A stretch of 64,000 nt of DNA from the IMG/VR virus record IMGVR_UViG_3300027763_000032, positions 32,001 to 96,000 of that record; one strand, 5' to 3'. Position 1 is the first letter of the stretch. Every line of letters starts with the position of its first letter. The position numbers and the translations under genes are program-made. Under the pieces are notes generated by a model, which saw only the letters and a program-made list of their open reading frames with translations, ran no database searches and had not been told where the DNA came from. This DNA is from a virus. This document shows, in pieces, positions 11,401-19,455 of this stretch.

Positions 11401-11602
11401 GCCCGCAACAGGCTATATAAAAGCAGTGCCCCTGTGCTACTGTAAGCCGGGTGAAGCAGACTATATTTTAGAAAATATAGCATATAGTGGATTTGATTTT
11501 ACTAGCTTAGACTTTGAAATTGATCGATTTATTATCGATGCAGTTTCGGGCAATAACGAAGATCAGTATTTGAAAATTCCTAATTACAAGTTTAACGTAT
11601 GA
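8486..11602 (+). CDS. Large baseplate wedge-like protein with Ig-like repeats and a CBM5/12-like motif
   Basis: Repeated G.LP.GL.L Ig-like motifs (LPQGLRL, LPPGLTL, LPAGLAL, LPPGVEL); WKSGKQYKINDVVKYQDQLYKA; position among tail genes. Confidence 0.55.
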   Translation: MLNIWSVKSGHSLGSLQEGRVFKDIHGTDNRIPLPLINGADLSNVTFSLISGKLPQGLRLIDHYISGSPYEVVRSTVSTFVIRAQNLVTKEISDRTLSITVEGADAPRWVTTEGTLPVGALPYRIARIISASRYNNIVTLTTDKAHDFVFDNIISVTSSLNDINNDKIKVLRPGFSGVETPDEYIYRISHTITYRDVGINFGTRSVTGTVQLLKAPLTFVLDGSYIDFQLLATDTDLRAGDELEFFIEDKSGQLPPGLTLSRSGRITGFIDPILALDITARDGTFDVNTFDDYPYDFAPLPNIGIAGYEQVLTPKKLNRFYEFIVSVSDGETITKRTFKIYVVGDDFLRTDNTIMKIGGGAYISYTSDSTYLRSPIWLSAANLGTKRANNYVTVILDTFDPNPAIGPVDYRLEKFNPDGTPSELPAGLALDPSNSEIFGFVPYQPAVTINYKFTVSATKYDKENLEQIEVEIVNAELAPIGQNYLKINKLPTSDQQLITNDNIRIGAYTYKINSYEVLSNQAYDTIKLDKPLKNVVIKSFVIANSYYRVLSQLYTTRTSSKTFTMQVLGEIDSVIRFLTPANLGSVRANLSSQLEIQAETTVVGAVLTYRQVGGTLPPGVELRANGELIGRVTQFGNIVYRSFWKSGKQYKINDVVKYQDQLYKANFAHTSSSPFNISYWDKYTFRNNITGLTTYDSRTTTFDGRMGTQDRSYSFTVLAQDQFKYSAISGTFTVFVEDPDVKLFSNVYVKPFPTLAKRAKFYTFINDLDIFTESKIYRSSDPNYGVQKELKMLIYAGIETLEIKNYVPALIMNTKRKRFRIGSPKKAIARNQGSNDTIYEVIYLEIFDEYEIGKLSPAQAIKLSYGSRSKVQVNQTDINPVNGRLDLSNSKIRDKLNDDTVDRFQKTGDSLGADNTVVKASGTDVEYIYPSSVSNIRRNIKTLVVGNGSPRQIDTENSFLPPWMVTPQDSRTPATGYIKAVPLCYCKPGEADYILENIAYSGFDFTSLDFEIDRFIIDAVSGNNEDQYLKIPNYKFNV

Positions 11603-11608
11603 TAAATA
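11603..11608 (+). promoter_or_regulatory. Late promoter core (TAAATA)
   Basis: gaTAAATAc upstream of the SD and ATG at 11630. Confidence 0.6.
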
Positions 11609-11629
11609 CATAATCAAGGATACTATAAC

Positions 11630-12640
11630 ATGGCTACAATGAGAAATTTAGATATTGACCAGGATTTTCCAGTTGCTGGGCAAGATAACGAAAGTCAAGG
11701 CTTTAGAGATAATTTTAGTGCAATTAAAGATTCACTAACCTATCTTGACGAAGAACTTTTTAAAACTGGTGGACTAGCAGAAACTACTGTAAAGCTGGGC
11801 GAAAGAAACGAATTTGACATTAATGCCAGTTTAGAAACTGTTAAATTGCTAGGAACTTCGGAAGCTACTGTTAAAAGCGGACAAGCAATTGTATTGCCAA
11901 GCGGACAAGAATTAAATTATTCAGCAGGTTCCTATCATTCTATTTTATTATCATCTAGCACTAGTTTGGATGTTATTGGTTTTCCTCAGCCAGACGGCAC
12001 TGAAGATGGACGTTTTGCTAAACTGCGCCTTGATGCTACATTAAGCACATACAATGTAACTACAGCAGGAGCATTTGTTGTAGGCAATGTCTATACTATT
12101 TTTGCATTAGGCAATACTAATTTTACAGCTATTGGTGCTACTGCAAATACTGTAGGGGTTACATTTAAAGCTACCGGAGTTGGCAGTGGAACAGGAACTG
12201 CCAAGGAAGCTAGAACACTGAGTTTTACAAATTCAGTAGCTGGCGGTACTATTAAGTACGAAGGCAACTGGCCGGCACCATTATATGTTACTAGCGAAAC
12301 AAATCCAGTAGTTGTTGAATTTTGGTCCTATGATGGTGGCGAGACTGTTTACGCACAATATCTAGGACAGTTTGGACAAACTGTTAGAGATACCGCAGTG
12401 GTAAATTTAACAGTAACTGGTACTGCTACATTAGGTGATGCTGTTACTGATAGAATCATTTTTAATGGTATACCAAAACTACCATTAGTAGATGGAGTTA
12501 CCCTTTCTGGATTAACTCCGGAAGTAGGTATGATGATTTTTAATACTACTACTAAGCGTGTTCAATCCTATGTTCCAGACACAGGACTAGCACAGGGTAG
12601 CCCTGCATCCAATACTGCTGGTTGGATTAATATAAGCTAA
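11630..12640 (+). CDS. Virion structural protein (tail/baseplate-associated)
   Basis: IDQDFPVAGQDNESQGFRDNF N-terminus, G/T-rich beta module, late promoter, context. Confidence 0.5.
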   Translation: MATMRNLDIDQDFPVAGQDNESQGFRDNFSAIKDSLTYLDEELFKTGGLAETTVKLGERNEFDINASLETVKLLGTSEATVKSGQAIVLPSGQELNYSAGSYHSILLSSSTSLDVIGFPQPDGTEDGRFAKLRLDATLSTYNVTTAGAFVVGNVYTIFALGNTNFTAIGATANTVGVTFKATGVGSGTGTAKEARTLSFTNSVAGGTIKYEGNWPAPLYVTSETNPVVVEFWSYDGGETVYAQYLGQFGQTVRDTAVVNLTVTGTATLGDAVTDRIIFNGIPKLPLVDGVTLSGLTPEVGMMIFNTTTKRVQSYVPDTGLAQGSPASNTAGWINIS

Positions 12641-12873
12641 TGTTACATCCGCTATCTCCCGACTTGTCAAAGTTAAAAGATAACGAGCTCGAGAATAAAC
12701 TTCAAGAGCTCAGTAAGCGTTATTTTCAAACTAGCAATGCTAGTATTCAGCATCAGCTAATAATACTAATTGAAGGCTACAAAGAAGAATTGGCAAACCG
12801 CAGAGCCAAGATGTGGCAAGAACAATATCAAAAACGCGATACAGATCTTGACAGTTTAATAAAAGTCAGTTAA
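12640..12873 (+). CDS. Hypothetical coiled-coil protein
   Basis: Overlapping start/stop with the upstream gene; helical composition. Confidence 0.6.
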   Translation: MLHPLSPDLSKLKDNELENKLQELSKRYFQTSNASIQHQLIILIEGYKEELANRRAKMWQEQYQKRDTDLDSLIKVS

Positions 12874-12876
12874 AAT
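12848..12876 (+). promoter_or_regulatory. Sigma70-like promoter
   Basis: TTGACA(12848)-17 bp-TAAAAT(12871). Confidence 0.55.
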
Positions 12877-12882
12877 AGCTGA

Positions 12883-13401
12883 ATGCATATTGACCTTTTA
12901 GGAATACCCGTCTACTCCAAATCTGACATACTTGATATTATCTATCAAGGAAAATTGGATATCTTAAAAACTACCCTAGTTGATATTGACGATGCAGAAT
13001 TTGATAAATTTAATTCTGCGGCAAAAGAAGCGGGTGTTGCAGAATTACAAAAATATTATCCACTAGACATTAGCGTAGAAGAATTTGATCAGTCGCTTCA
13101 AGAAAATTGGTTAATGCCCGATAGCTATAAAGAAATGGACATTGCCAAATGGGTATTAGATCAATGCACTACACAAGATCAATTACAGCGAGTTGGTGCA
13201 GAATTATTAGAATTTCAAAGACGAGATATGATGCCTTTATTAAAATGGATGAAATATTTTGTTGATACTTGTAGAACTAATAGAGTAGTTTGGGGTGTAG
13301 GAAGAGGTAGCTCTGTTGCTAGTTACGTGTTATACTTAATAGGCGTACATCGCATAGACAGTATGAAATATAATTTAGACTGGCAGGAATTTCTGAGATA
13401 A
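12883..13401 (+). CDS. Short DNA polymerase III alpha (DnaE)-like fragment
   Basis: WGVGRGSSVASYVLYLIGVHRID matches the DnaE GRGSAAGSLVAY.LGIT.ID motif; only 172 aa, and it ends before the catalytic PDIDxD. Confidence 0.7.
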   Translation: MHIDLLGIPVYSKSDILDIIYQGKLDILKTTLVDIDDAEFDKFNSAAKEAGVAELQKYYPLDISVEEFDQSLQENWLMPDSYKEMDIAKWVLDQCTTQDQLQRVGAELLEFQRRDMMPLLKWMKYFVDTCRTNRVVWGVGRGSSVASYVLYLIGVHRIDSMKYNLDWQEFLR

Positions 13402-13428
13402 GTAATACTATAATAGGAGGCTAGTAAA

Positions 13429-13659
13429 ATGGCACAAAAACCGCAACCAAAAAAAGTGTACCGTACTTCAAACGGTAGAATAGTAGATATGGATCTATTA
13501 CGTCAAAAGAACGAATTAACGCCAGCAGTGGGCAATGTTCGAGTAAATGCTAGAGGCGATGAACTAGGACCAGGTGGACAAATTGTCCGCAGTCGTGAAG
13601 AAATTCTAAAAGACTTTTATGCTTCAGCTGAAGCGGCCGCTAAAGAAGCAAAGGAATAA
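13429..13659 (+). CDS. Hypothetical protein
   Basis: Strong SD (aggagg); ATAAGTA late-promoter variant upstream. Confidence 0.7.
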   Translation: MAQKPQPKKVYRTSNGRIVDMDLLRQKNELTPAVGNVRVNARGDELGPGGQIVRSREEILKDFYASAEAAAKEAKE

Positions 13660-13661
13660 CT

Positions 13662-14063
13662 GTGAACGTTAATGCAGTAAAAGGTAAGATTATACCATTA
13701 GGTGATAAGGTATTTGTTAACAATATGAACTTTGGTGAGCAAACAACTGCCGGTGGTATTGTATTGATGAGCGATGATGCCAAGGATCACGGCATCCATC
13801 CTAGATGGGCACAGGTTTGGGCAGTAGGTAAAGACCATGCTGAAGAGTTTAATATTGGCGATTGGATCTTAATTGAACACGGTCGCTGGACTCGAGGTAT
13901 TCCGTATGAATACGAAGATGGTACAGAAACTACTATCCGTATGGTAGAGAACAAGTCTATTATCATGTGGGACACTGAACAGCCCAAAGATGCTATCATT
14001 GGTCACTTAGACGGTGGTGGTCCTCCCCCAACAGTTAGCCCAGATGAGTTTTTAAGAACATGA
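13662..14063 (+). CDS. groES: GroES-like co-chaperonin
   Basis: IIPLGDKVFV...TTAGGIVL...VWAVG...IGDWIL, the GroES fold signature. Confidence 0.75.
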   Translation: MNVNAVKGKIIPLGDKVFVNNMNFGEQTTAGGIVLMSDDAKDHGIHPRWAQVWAVGKDHAEEFNIGDWILIEHGRWTRGIPYEYEDGTETTIRMVENKSIIMWDTEQPKDAIIGHLDGGGPPPTVSPDEFLRT

Positions 14064-14422
14064 CAAATCCATTCCGCGATCAAGAAAAATTTATGAAGGC
14101 CTGCGATCAAAGCGTTGACAGCTTTAATCAAGATCAGTTTAATCTATATCTTAACCTAATGGAAGAGGAATGGAAAGAACTTAAAGTTGCTATCGATAAT
14201 AGCGATAATGTAGAAACATTAGATGCACTATTGGATTTTATTGTTGTTACAGTTGGTGCTATTCATAGTGCAGGCTACGACGGCGAAGGTGGCTGGAAAG
14301 AAGTCATGCGTACAAATTTTGCCAAGATTGATAGTGAAACCGGCAAAGTGCGTAAGCGTGAAGATGGCAAAGTATTAAAACCCGTGGGATGGACTCCTCC
14401 AGATTTGAAACCGTTTGTTTAA
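14060..14422 (+). CDS. MazG-like / PRA-PH-like NTP pyrophosphohydrolase
   Basis: LMEEEWKEL...DALLDFIVV...EVMRTNFAK...REDGKVLKP. Confidence 0.75.
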   Translation: MTNPFRDQEKFMKACDQSVDSFNQDQFNLYLNLMEEEWKELKVAIDNSDNVETLDALLDFIVVTVGAIHSAGYDGEGGWKEVMRTNFAKIDSETGKVRKREDGKVLKPVGWTPPDLKPFV

Positions 14423-14430
14423 GGAGCAGG

Positions 14431-14562
14431 ATGTACAGAGTTAAGTATTATACATATGAAGATCTACACACCAAATACTTTGAAACACTACACGATGCGA
14501 TAACGTTTGCGGTGTATCAAGTAAAGACTGGTAATGTTTATGCAGTCGATCTAATCAAATAG
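14431..14562 (+). CDS. Small hypothetical protein (43 aa, not in ORF track)
   Basis: aaggag SD at 14421, ATG 14431, MYRVKYYTYEDLHTKYF...IK stop TAG. Confidence 0.55.
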   Translation: MYRVKYYTYEDLHTKYFETLHDAITFAVYQVKTGNVYAVDLIK

Positions 14563-14570
14563 ATAACACC

Positions 14571-14595
14571 AAAGGGTCTTGACAGACCCTTTTTT
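14571..14595 (+). terminator. Intrinsic terminator
   Basis: aaagggtct-tgac-agaccct followed by a T run. Confidence 0.8.
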
Positions 14596-14607
14596 AATTG
14601 CTATACT
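14579..14607 (+). promoter_or_regulatory. Sigma70-like promoter overlapping the terminator
   Basis: TTGACA(14579)-17 bp-TATACT(14602). Confidence 0.65.
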
Positions 14608-14632
14608 AACAGTATATGCCAAGAGGTCAACT

Positions 14633-14788
14633 ATGAAATGTAATACGTGTAATCAACAATACAGCATTACCTGCGATTGGAATCAGGGTCGATGCCCTCA
14701 TCACCCACCGATGATCAATCCATATAGCATGAGATTCTATAATCTTGTGCAGTTTATCAGAAACATCTTTAAAGGAAAAATATCATGA
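14633..14788 (+). CDS. Small Cys/His-rich protein
   Basis: Likely start ATG 14633 after agagg; CNTC...C...CPHH. Confidence 0.55.
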   Translation: MKCNTCNQQYSITCDWNQGRCPHHPPMINPYSMRFYNLVQFIRNIFKGKIS

Positions 14789-15036
14789 CAGACAACGAAC
14801 AAAATATAGAAATAATGAAAGACCTTAGAAATAGATTAGATAAGGTACTTGATAATACACCAACAGAAACATCAACAGTTAAACATCCGGATGCAACAAA
14901 ACACTTTTATGTTAGTGTTGTTAAGAGTGCAGTACGGATAGGAGCCGCATCTGCTCTTATTATGGGATCGTTTATGCTAGCAGGCGCATTGTTTATTCTA
15001 GCAGAGATTCTAGGCATTGTTGAGGAAATAGTATGA
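14785..15036 (+). CDS. Small membrane protein
   Basis: C-terminal hydrophobic segment; ATGA overlaps with neighbours. Confidence 0.6.
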   Translation: MTDNEQNIEIMKDLRNRLDKVLDNTPTETSTVKHPDATKHFYVSVVKSAVRIGAASALIMGSFMLAGALFILAEILGIVEEIV

Positions 15037-15953
15037 AAGAGTTGTGGGTAGAAAAATATCGTCCTAAAACTGTAGAAGGTTATGTTTTTAAAGACGACGC
15101 CCTAAAAGAGCAAATTGCCAAGTGGATTAAAGACGGATCAATTCCTCATATCTTGTTAAGTGGCAATGCAGGTACTGGTAAGACTACATTAGCAAAGGTG
15201 TTGTTAAACGAAATTGGCGTCCAGGACACTGACATCCTGTTTGCTAACGGAAGTAAAGAAGGTCGCAAGATCGAATGGGTCGACAAGCTAATTGGCTTTT
15301 GTCAGACTATGCCGTTTGGTGACTTTAAGGTTGTTCTAATCGACGAAGCAGATTATATGAACAAAGATTCAGTACAACCAGCACTACGTAACCTAATGGA
15401 AGACTATTCAAATAGTGTTCGCTTTATTTTTACCTGTAACTACCCACACAGAATTATTACACCAGTAAAGAGTCGCTGTCAAGAGGTTAAAATTGAACGC
15501 ACTGACTTGACTGAGTTTACTGCTCGTGTTGCTACAATACTTGTTACAGAGGACATTGAATTTGACTTAGATACCCTGGATACCTTTGTACAAGGCACTT
15601 ATCCTGATCTGCGTAAATGTATTAACAATGTACAAATGCACAGTACCGGCGGTACATTAAAAGTTCCGGAAGTAGTTGACGGAGCAGGAGACTATCGTGT
15701 AGAGATGGTAGACTTGTTTAAGAAGGGCAAGATTAGCGAAGCACGTAAACTCTTATGTAGCCAAGCTCGTCCAGAAGAGATGGAAGAAATTTATCGCTGG
15801 ATGTATGACAATGTTGCTGTGTTTGGTGACAGTGAAGAGAAACAAGATAGTGCAATACTTATTATTAAACAGGGTCTTGTGGATAATGCATCAGTTGCAG
15901 ATCAAGAGATTAATCTAGCGGCAACGTTGATTAGACTTTCGAGACTGCAATGA
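15033..15953 (+). CDS. Clamp loader AAA+ subunit (T4 gp44 / RFC small subunit-like)
   Basis: LWVEKYRP, Walker [10 protein letters not shown], Walker B LIDEAD, SRC motif. Confidence 0.9.
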   Translation: MKELWVEKYRPKTVEGYVFKDDALKEQIAKWIKDGSIPHILLSGNAGTGKTTLAKVLLNEIGVQDTDILFANGSKEGRKIEWVDKLIGFCQTMPFGDFKVVLIDEADYMNKDSVQPALRNLMEDYSNSVRFIFTCNYPHRIITPVKSRCQEVKIERTDLTEFTARVATILVTEDIEFDLDTLDTFVQGTYPDLRKCINNVQMHSTGGTLKVPEVVDGAGDYRVEMVDLFKKGKISEARKLLCSQARPEEMEEIYRWMYDNVAVFGDSEEKQDSAILIIKQGLVDNASVADQEINLAATLIRLSRLQ

Positions 15954-16273
15954 CATATCTAGTAACAGAAAATTGTATCAAATGCAAGCACACTGATTGT
16001 GTAAGTGTTTGTCCCGTTGACTGTTTTTATGAAGGACCAAATTTTCTAGTAATTAATCCAGACGAATGTATCGATTGCGGAGTTTGTGTTACAGAATGTC
16101 CAGTAGATGCTATTGTAGCAGATAGTGATGCCACTGTTAATGTGCCATTTTGGTTAGAAATTAATACTAGACTAAGTAAAAAGTGGCCGGTTATTACAAA
16201 ACAAAAACATGCATTACCTGATGCGGACAATTGGAAAGATGTTCCGGACAAAATAAAACTATTAGAGGAATAA
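15950..16273 (+). CDS. fdxA: 7Fe (3Fe-4S/4Fe-4S) ferredoxin
   Basis: [51 protein letters not shown], the Azotobacter FdI pattern. Confidence 0.92.
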   Translation: MTYLVTENCIKCKHTDCVSVCPVDCFYEGPNFLVINPDECIDCGVCVTECPVDAIVADSDATVNVPFWLEINTRLSKKWPVITKQKHALPDADNWKDVPDKIKLLEE

Positions 16274-16274
16274 C

Positions 16275-17069
16275 ATGGCGCAACGAATTTTAGTTATGGG
16301 ATTACCAGGTTCTGGTAAAACTTATCTAGCACAGCATATTGTAGATCATCTGCAGGCAGAAAAGAAAAAAGTCGGTTGGCTTAATGCAGACGATGTACGT
16401 AAAAAGTACAATGACTGGGATTTTAGTGAAGCTGGACGTATTCGTCAAAGTAAACGTATGCGTGATCTAGCAGATGCTATGACTGAATGTGATTATGTCA
16501 TCTGTGACTTTGTTGCACCATTACTCGAAATGCGTCATAACTTTAAAGCAGACTGGACCATTTGGGTTGACACTATACGTGAAGGTCGCTATGCAGATAC
16601 AAATGCGATGTTTGTTGAACCTGAAGTATATGATTTTAGAATCACAGAACAAAATGCAGGAAAGTGGGGTGAGTTTATTGCCGCACACATTATAGATAAT
16701 CGTAGGCGCCCCGTATTTGATTGGAAAAAAGAAACAGTGCAGATGTTAGGACGTTGGCAACCATGGCATGACGGTCACCGTGCCCTATTTGAAAGACTAC
16801 TTGCTAAAACAGGACAAGTCATTATTCAAGTACGTGATGTACAAGGTTGGCAAGGTAGTAATCCGTTCGAAGTGGCTAAAGTTAAAAGTTTTATCAAGCG
16901 TGATTTAGATCCATTGTATCAAGGTCAATATGAAATACAAGTAGTTCCTAACATTGTACATATTGGCTGGGGTAGAGGTGTAGGTTACACGTCAGGTGAA
17001 GAAACATTTGACGAAGCAGTCACTGACATCAGTGCTACAAAAATACGCAAAGAATTAGGACTAAAATGA
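16275..17069 (+). CDS. Adenylylsulfate-kinase-like domain fused to a HIGH-family nucleotidyltransferase domain
   Basis: GLPGSGKT, LNADDVR, VICDFVAP (CysC-like); GRWQPWHDGH and ISATKIR (HxGH nucleotidyltransferase). Confidence 0.75.
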   Translation: MAQRILVMGLPGSGKTYLAQHIVDHLQAEKKKVGWLNADDVRKKYNDWDFSEAGRIRQSKRMRDLADAMTECDYVICDFVAPLLEMRHNFKADWTIWVDTIREGRYADTNAMFVEPEVYDFRITEQNAGKWGEFIAAHIIDNRRRPVFDWKKETVQMLGRWQPWHDGHRALFERLLAKTGQVIIQVRDVQGWQGSNPFEVAKVKSFIKRDLDPLYQGQYEIQVVPNIVHIGWGRGVGYTSGEETFDEAVTDISATKIRKELGLK

Positions 17070-17251
17070 GAACAATATTAAAAACGTTATCCTGGAGAGT
17101 TATTGGCTCTAGTTCAACGTTTTTAATCAGCTATCTAATAACAGGGCAGGCATTTATTGCCACTAGCATCGCAATTACGCAAATGATAGTTAACACCGTG
17201 TTATATTACATACATGAATTACTTTGGAATAAAGTGAAAAAGGGCCAATAA
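17066..17251 (+). CDS. Small membrane protein (DUF2061-like)
   Basis: RTILKTLSWRVI...YYIHELLWNK pattern; this family often sits beside sulfate-activation genes. Confidence 0.6.
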   Translation: MRTILKTLSWRVIGSSSTFLISYLITGQAFIATSIAITQMIVNTVLYYIHELLWNKVKKGQ

Positions 17252-17263
17252 GGCCCTTTTTTA
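17237..17263. terminator. Bidirectional intrinsic terminator between convergent genes
   Basis: aaaaagggcc-aataa-ggccctttttt. Confidence 0.85.
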
Positions 17264-18016
17264 TTCGTCACCGTATAACGATAGTACCTCCTTAACAGCT
17301 TCGTGACGTTCGATATCTTTCATACCAAACTGGCACACGCTCAATAGATCTAACTGTTTACCGTGTAATCGCTCGCAGAAATCGATCAAGCCATTATCGT
17401 TCAAACGATCAGCTTGACGCAAATCTCCAGTTACGACCATTTTAGAACCTTCACCCAATCTCGTTAGCAACATCTTCATTTGGTTTGGCGTAGCATTTTG
17501 CATTTCGTCTGCAATAATGTATGCTTTCTTGAAGGTGCGACCTCTCATATAAGCTAACGGGCTAATTTCAATTACTCCCTCGCGGATCATGCTCTCGATA
17601 TCCTTAGCGTAATAGTACTCTGCTAACACATCCATAATAGGGCGTGTCCATGGAGCCATTTTTTGCTCAAGGGTTCCGGGAAGGAATCCGTGATCTTCAT
17701 CAACAGAAACAGCAGGGCGTGTAACCACGATTTTATCTACCAACCCTTCTTTGAAGAGTTTGATACCGACTTGGCAGGCGATTAATGTTTTGCCCGTGCC
17801 AGCGGGACCCAGTGCGAAAACTATGTTTTTCGATGGATCTAATAGTTGTAATAGATATTCTTCTTGATTTCGATTGCGTGGAACTACGTGTACGCTACGT
17901 TTTTTCTGTGGAAGATTTTGTGAAAGTGTGTGTTGAAAGGGTTGAAACTCAATCACGTTTGCACGTGGATCGTTAAATCCGTCGTTAAAACGCTTTTTGG
18001 CTCTTTTTGTCGTCAT
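17261..18016 (-). CDS. phoH: PhoH-family ATPase
   Basis: GPAGTGKT, RPAV, GFLPG, LAYMRGRTF, IADEMQN, GDLRQAD. Confidence 0.95.
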   Translation of the reverse strand: MTTKRAKKRFNDGFNDPRANVIEFQPFQHTLSQNLPQKKRSVHVVPRNRNQEEYLLQLLDPSKNIVFALGPAGTGKTLIACQVGIKLFKEGLVDKIVVTRPAVSVDEDHGFLPGTLEQKMAPWTRPIMDVLAEYYYAKDIESMIREGVIEISPLAYMRGRTFKKAYIIADEMQNATPNQMKMLLTRLGEGSKMVVTGDLRQADRLNDNGLIDFCERLHGKQLDLLSVCQFGMKDIERHEAVKEVLSLYGDE

Positions 18017-18094
18017 TAACTGCTCTCCTTTTGAGGCTGTAGGACGTCATTGTCACACTACTCTTTGTAGGACAACTGAGAGGTCCTACACTCA

Positions 18095-18100
18095 TATTTA
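18095..18100 (-). promoter_or_regulatory. Late promoter core for phoH (TAAATA on the minus strand)
   Basis: tattta on the + strand, upstream of the phoH leader hairpin. Confidence 0.5.
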
Positions 18101-18147
18101 AGACATAGATAAAAAACAGAAGTGATACTATATCAAAACAGTCAAGA

Positions 18148-18153
18148 TAAATA
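18148..18153 (+). promoter_or_regulatory. Late promoter core (TAAATA)
   Basis: gaTAAATAc before aagg SD and ATG 18177. Confidence 0.55.
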
Positions 18154-18176
18154 CATTGACAAAGGATCATTCGAAC

Positions 18177-18737
18177 ATGGCAGACATTTTAGACATTATC
18201 GAGAATATTAGCACAATCTACGAAAGTAATAGTAGCTTGGCTATTCTCAAAGACTACGAACGTGTATTTGACGAGTTAGATCTCTACGTGTTTGAAAACT
18301 GGCAAGACGGCGAACTTATATCAGGTCCGCAAGTAGAACGTCATTGGGTCACTTGCAGTTTCATGTGGCCAAAAGATAAGATGCCTAATCCCGAAGCAGG
18401 CAAGCGACTAACAGAATATGGCTGTAATGTTAAATATAAGAAAGACACACTAATTAAAACTAGAAAAATTCAAAAGCCAGACGACATTCGTCCTGGAACT
18501 AAAAAAGGCAAACTTGACGAGCACCCAATATGGGTTGTTGAGGTTACTATGCCAAAGAAGTTGATGTTAGATATATTCCGTGGATACCACAATCAACTAA
18601 TGGACGATTTGGGTATTGATAAAAACATTACTGCTCCTGAGCTACAGCCGCCGCCTGCAGGAGAAGCGGTACAGGCACAAGAAACACCAGTGGCTCCGGG
18701 AACTGCCGCACCAGAAGGAGCACCAAATGTTGCTTAA
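18177..18737 (+). CDS. Hypothetical protein
   Basis: Likely start ATG 18177 (MADILDII); P/A/E-rich tail. Confidence 0.7.
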   Translation: MADILDIIENISTIYESNSSLAILKDYERVFDELDLYVFENWQDGELISGPQVERHWVTCSFMWPKDKMPNPEAGKRLTEYGCNVKYKKDTLIKTRKIQKPDDIRPGTKKGKLDEHPIWVVEVTMPKKLMLDIFRGYHNQLMDDLGIDKNITAPELQPPPAGEAVQAQETPVAPGTAAPEGAPNVA

Positions 18738-19455
18738 TGAAGATAGTTTACAAGCAGGTGACCTACGAGATCTAGTAGATCATGTATTTGAAGTTGATAG
18801 TTATCGTTCAAAGATGGGCGATGACAAAGACGTAGTGGTATTAAGTTTTACAGTAGAAAGTAAAGATCCGGCAGATGATCTAGTTAACTTTATCGAAAAA
18901 GGTTATCAGTTTGTTTTAGACGCTGATGTAACGCCCGGAGAACTTGCTAACGGCAAATACAAAGTATTTGTTGAACTACAGCGTGATAGGCATGTTGCTG
19001 AACACATTAGCGATTTATTATATGGTGTTAAGAAACTTACTGGTGTAGAAGATTTTAAATTTCGTTACTACAAGAGTTTTGACAGCAAAGATGCTGTCAG
19101 AGAAATGTTAGAAGAAGTTATTCCTAACGATCCAACTACATACGAAGAAAGTATTAAAGAACATAAGATGGAAAGCTATGAGCACTTCTTTGCTAAAGGC
19201 CGTTTAGAAAAAGTTGTAATGGAAGGCAATCTATTGCGAGTCAAAAAGATCTATGCTGATCCTTTACAGTTTAAAGTTATTAGAGCAGGAACACCAGAAA
19301 GCATATTAGAATCTATAGAAGAAAAGATTAATGTCAACGAATGGGCAGAAGTTATCTTTTTGACTAAGTACTTTGGTGACTTTAATATTACCAAATTTGG
19401 TAACAAACTCATGTTCGAAGATAAAGGACATGCAGTATTAATGGAGAGACTATAA
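18727..19455 (+). CDS. Hypothetical protein, possibly head-associated (MLLNE N-terminus)
   Basis: SD aaggag then ATG 18727; the longer ORF-track start overlaps the upstream gene. Confidence 0.65.
   Translation: MLLNEDSLQAGDLRDLVDHVFEVDSYRSKMGDDKDVVVLSFTVESKDPADDLVNFIEKGYQFVLDADVTPGELANGKYKVFVELQRDRHVAEHISDLLYGVKKLTGVEDFKFRYYKSFDSKDAVREMLEEVIPNDPTTYEESIKEHKMESYEHFFAKGRLEKVVMEGNLLRVKKIYADPLQFKVIRAGTPESILESIEEKINVNEWAEVIFLTKYFGDFNITKFGNKLMFEDKGHAVLMERL

Noticed and set aside
1-12640. Diversity-generating retroelement acting on the fibres
   Set aside because: No reverse transcriptase and no near-identical TR/VR pair with A-specific mismatches seen in the window
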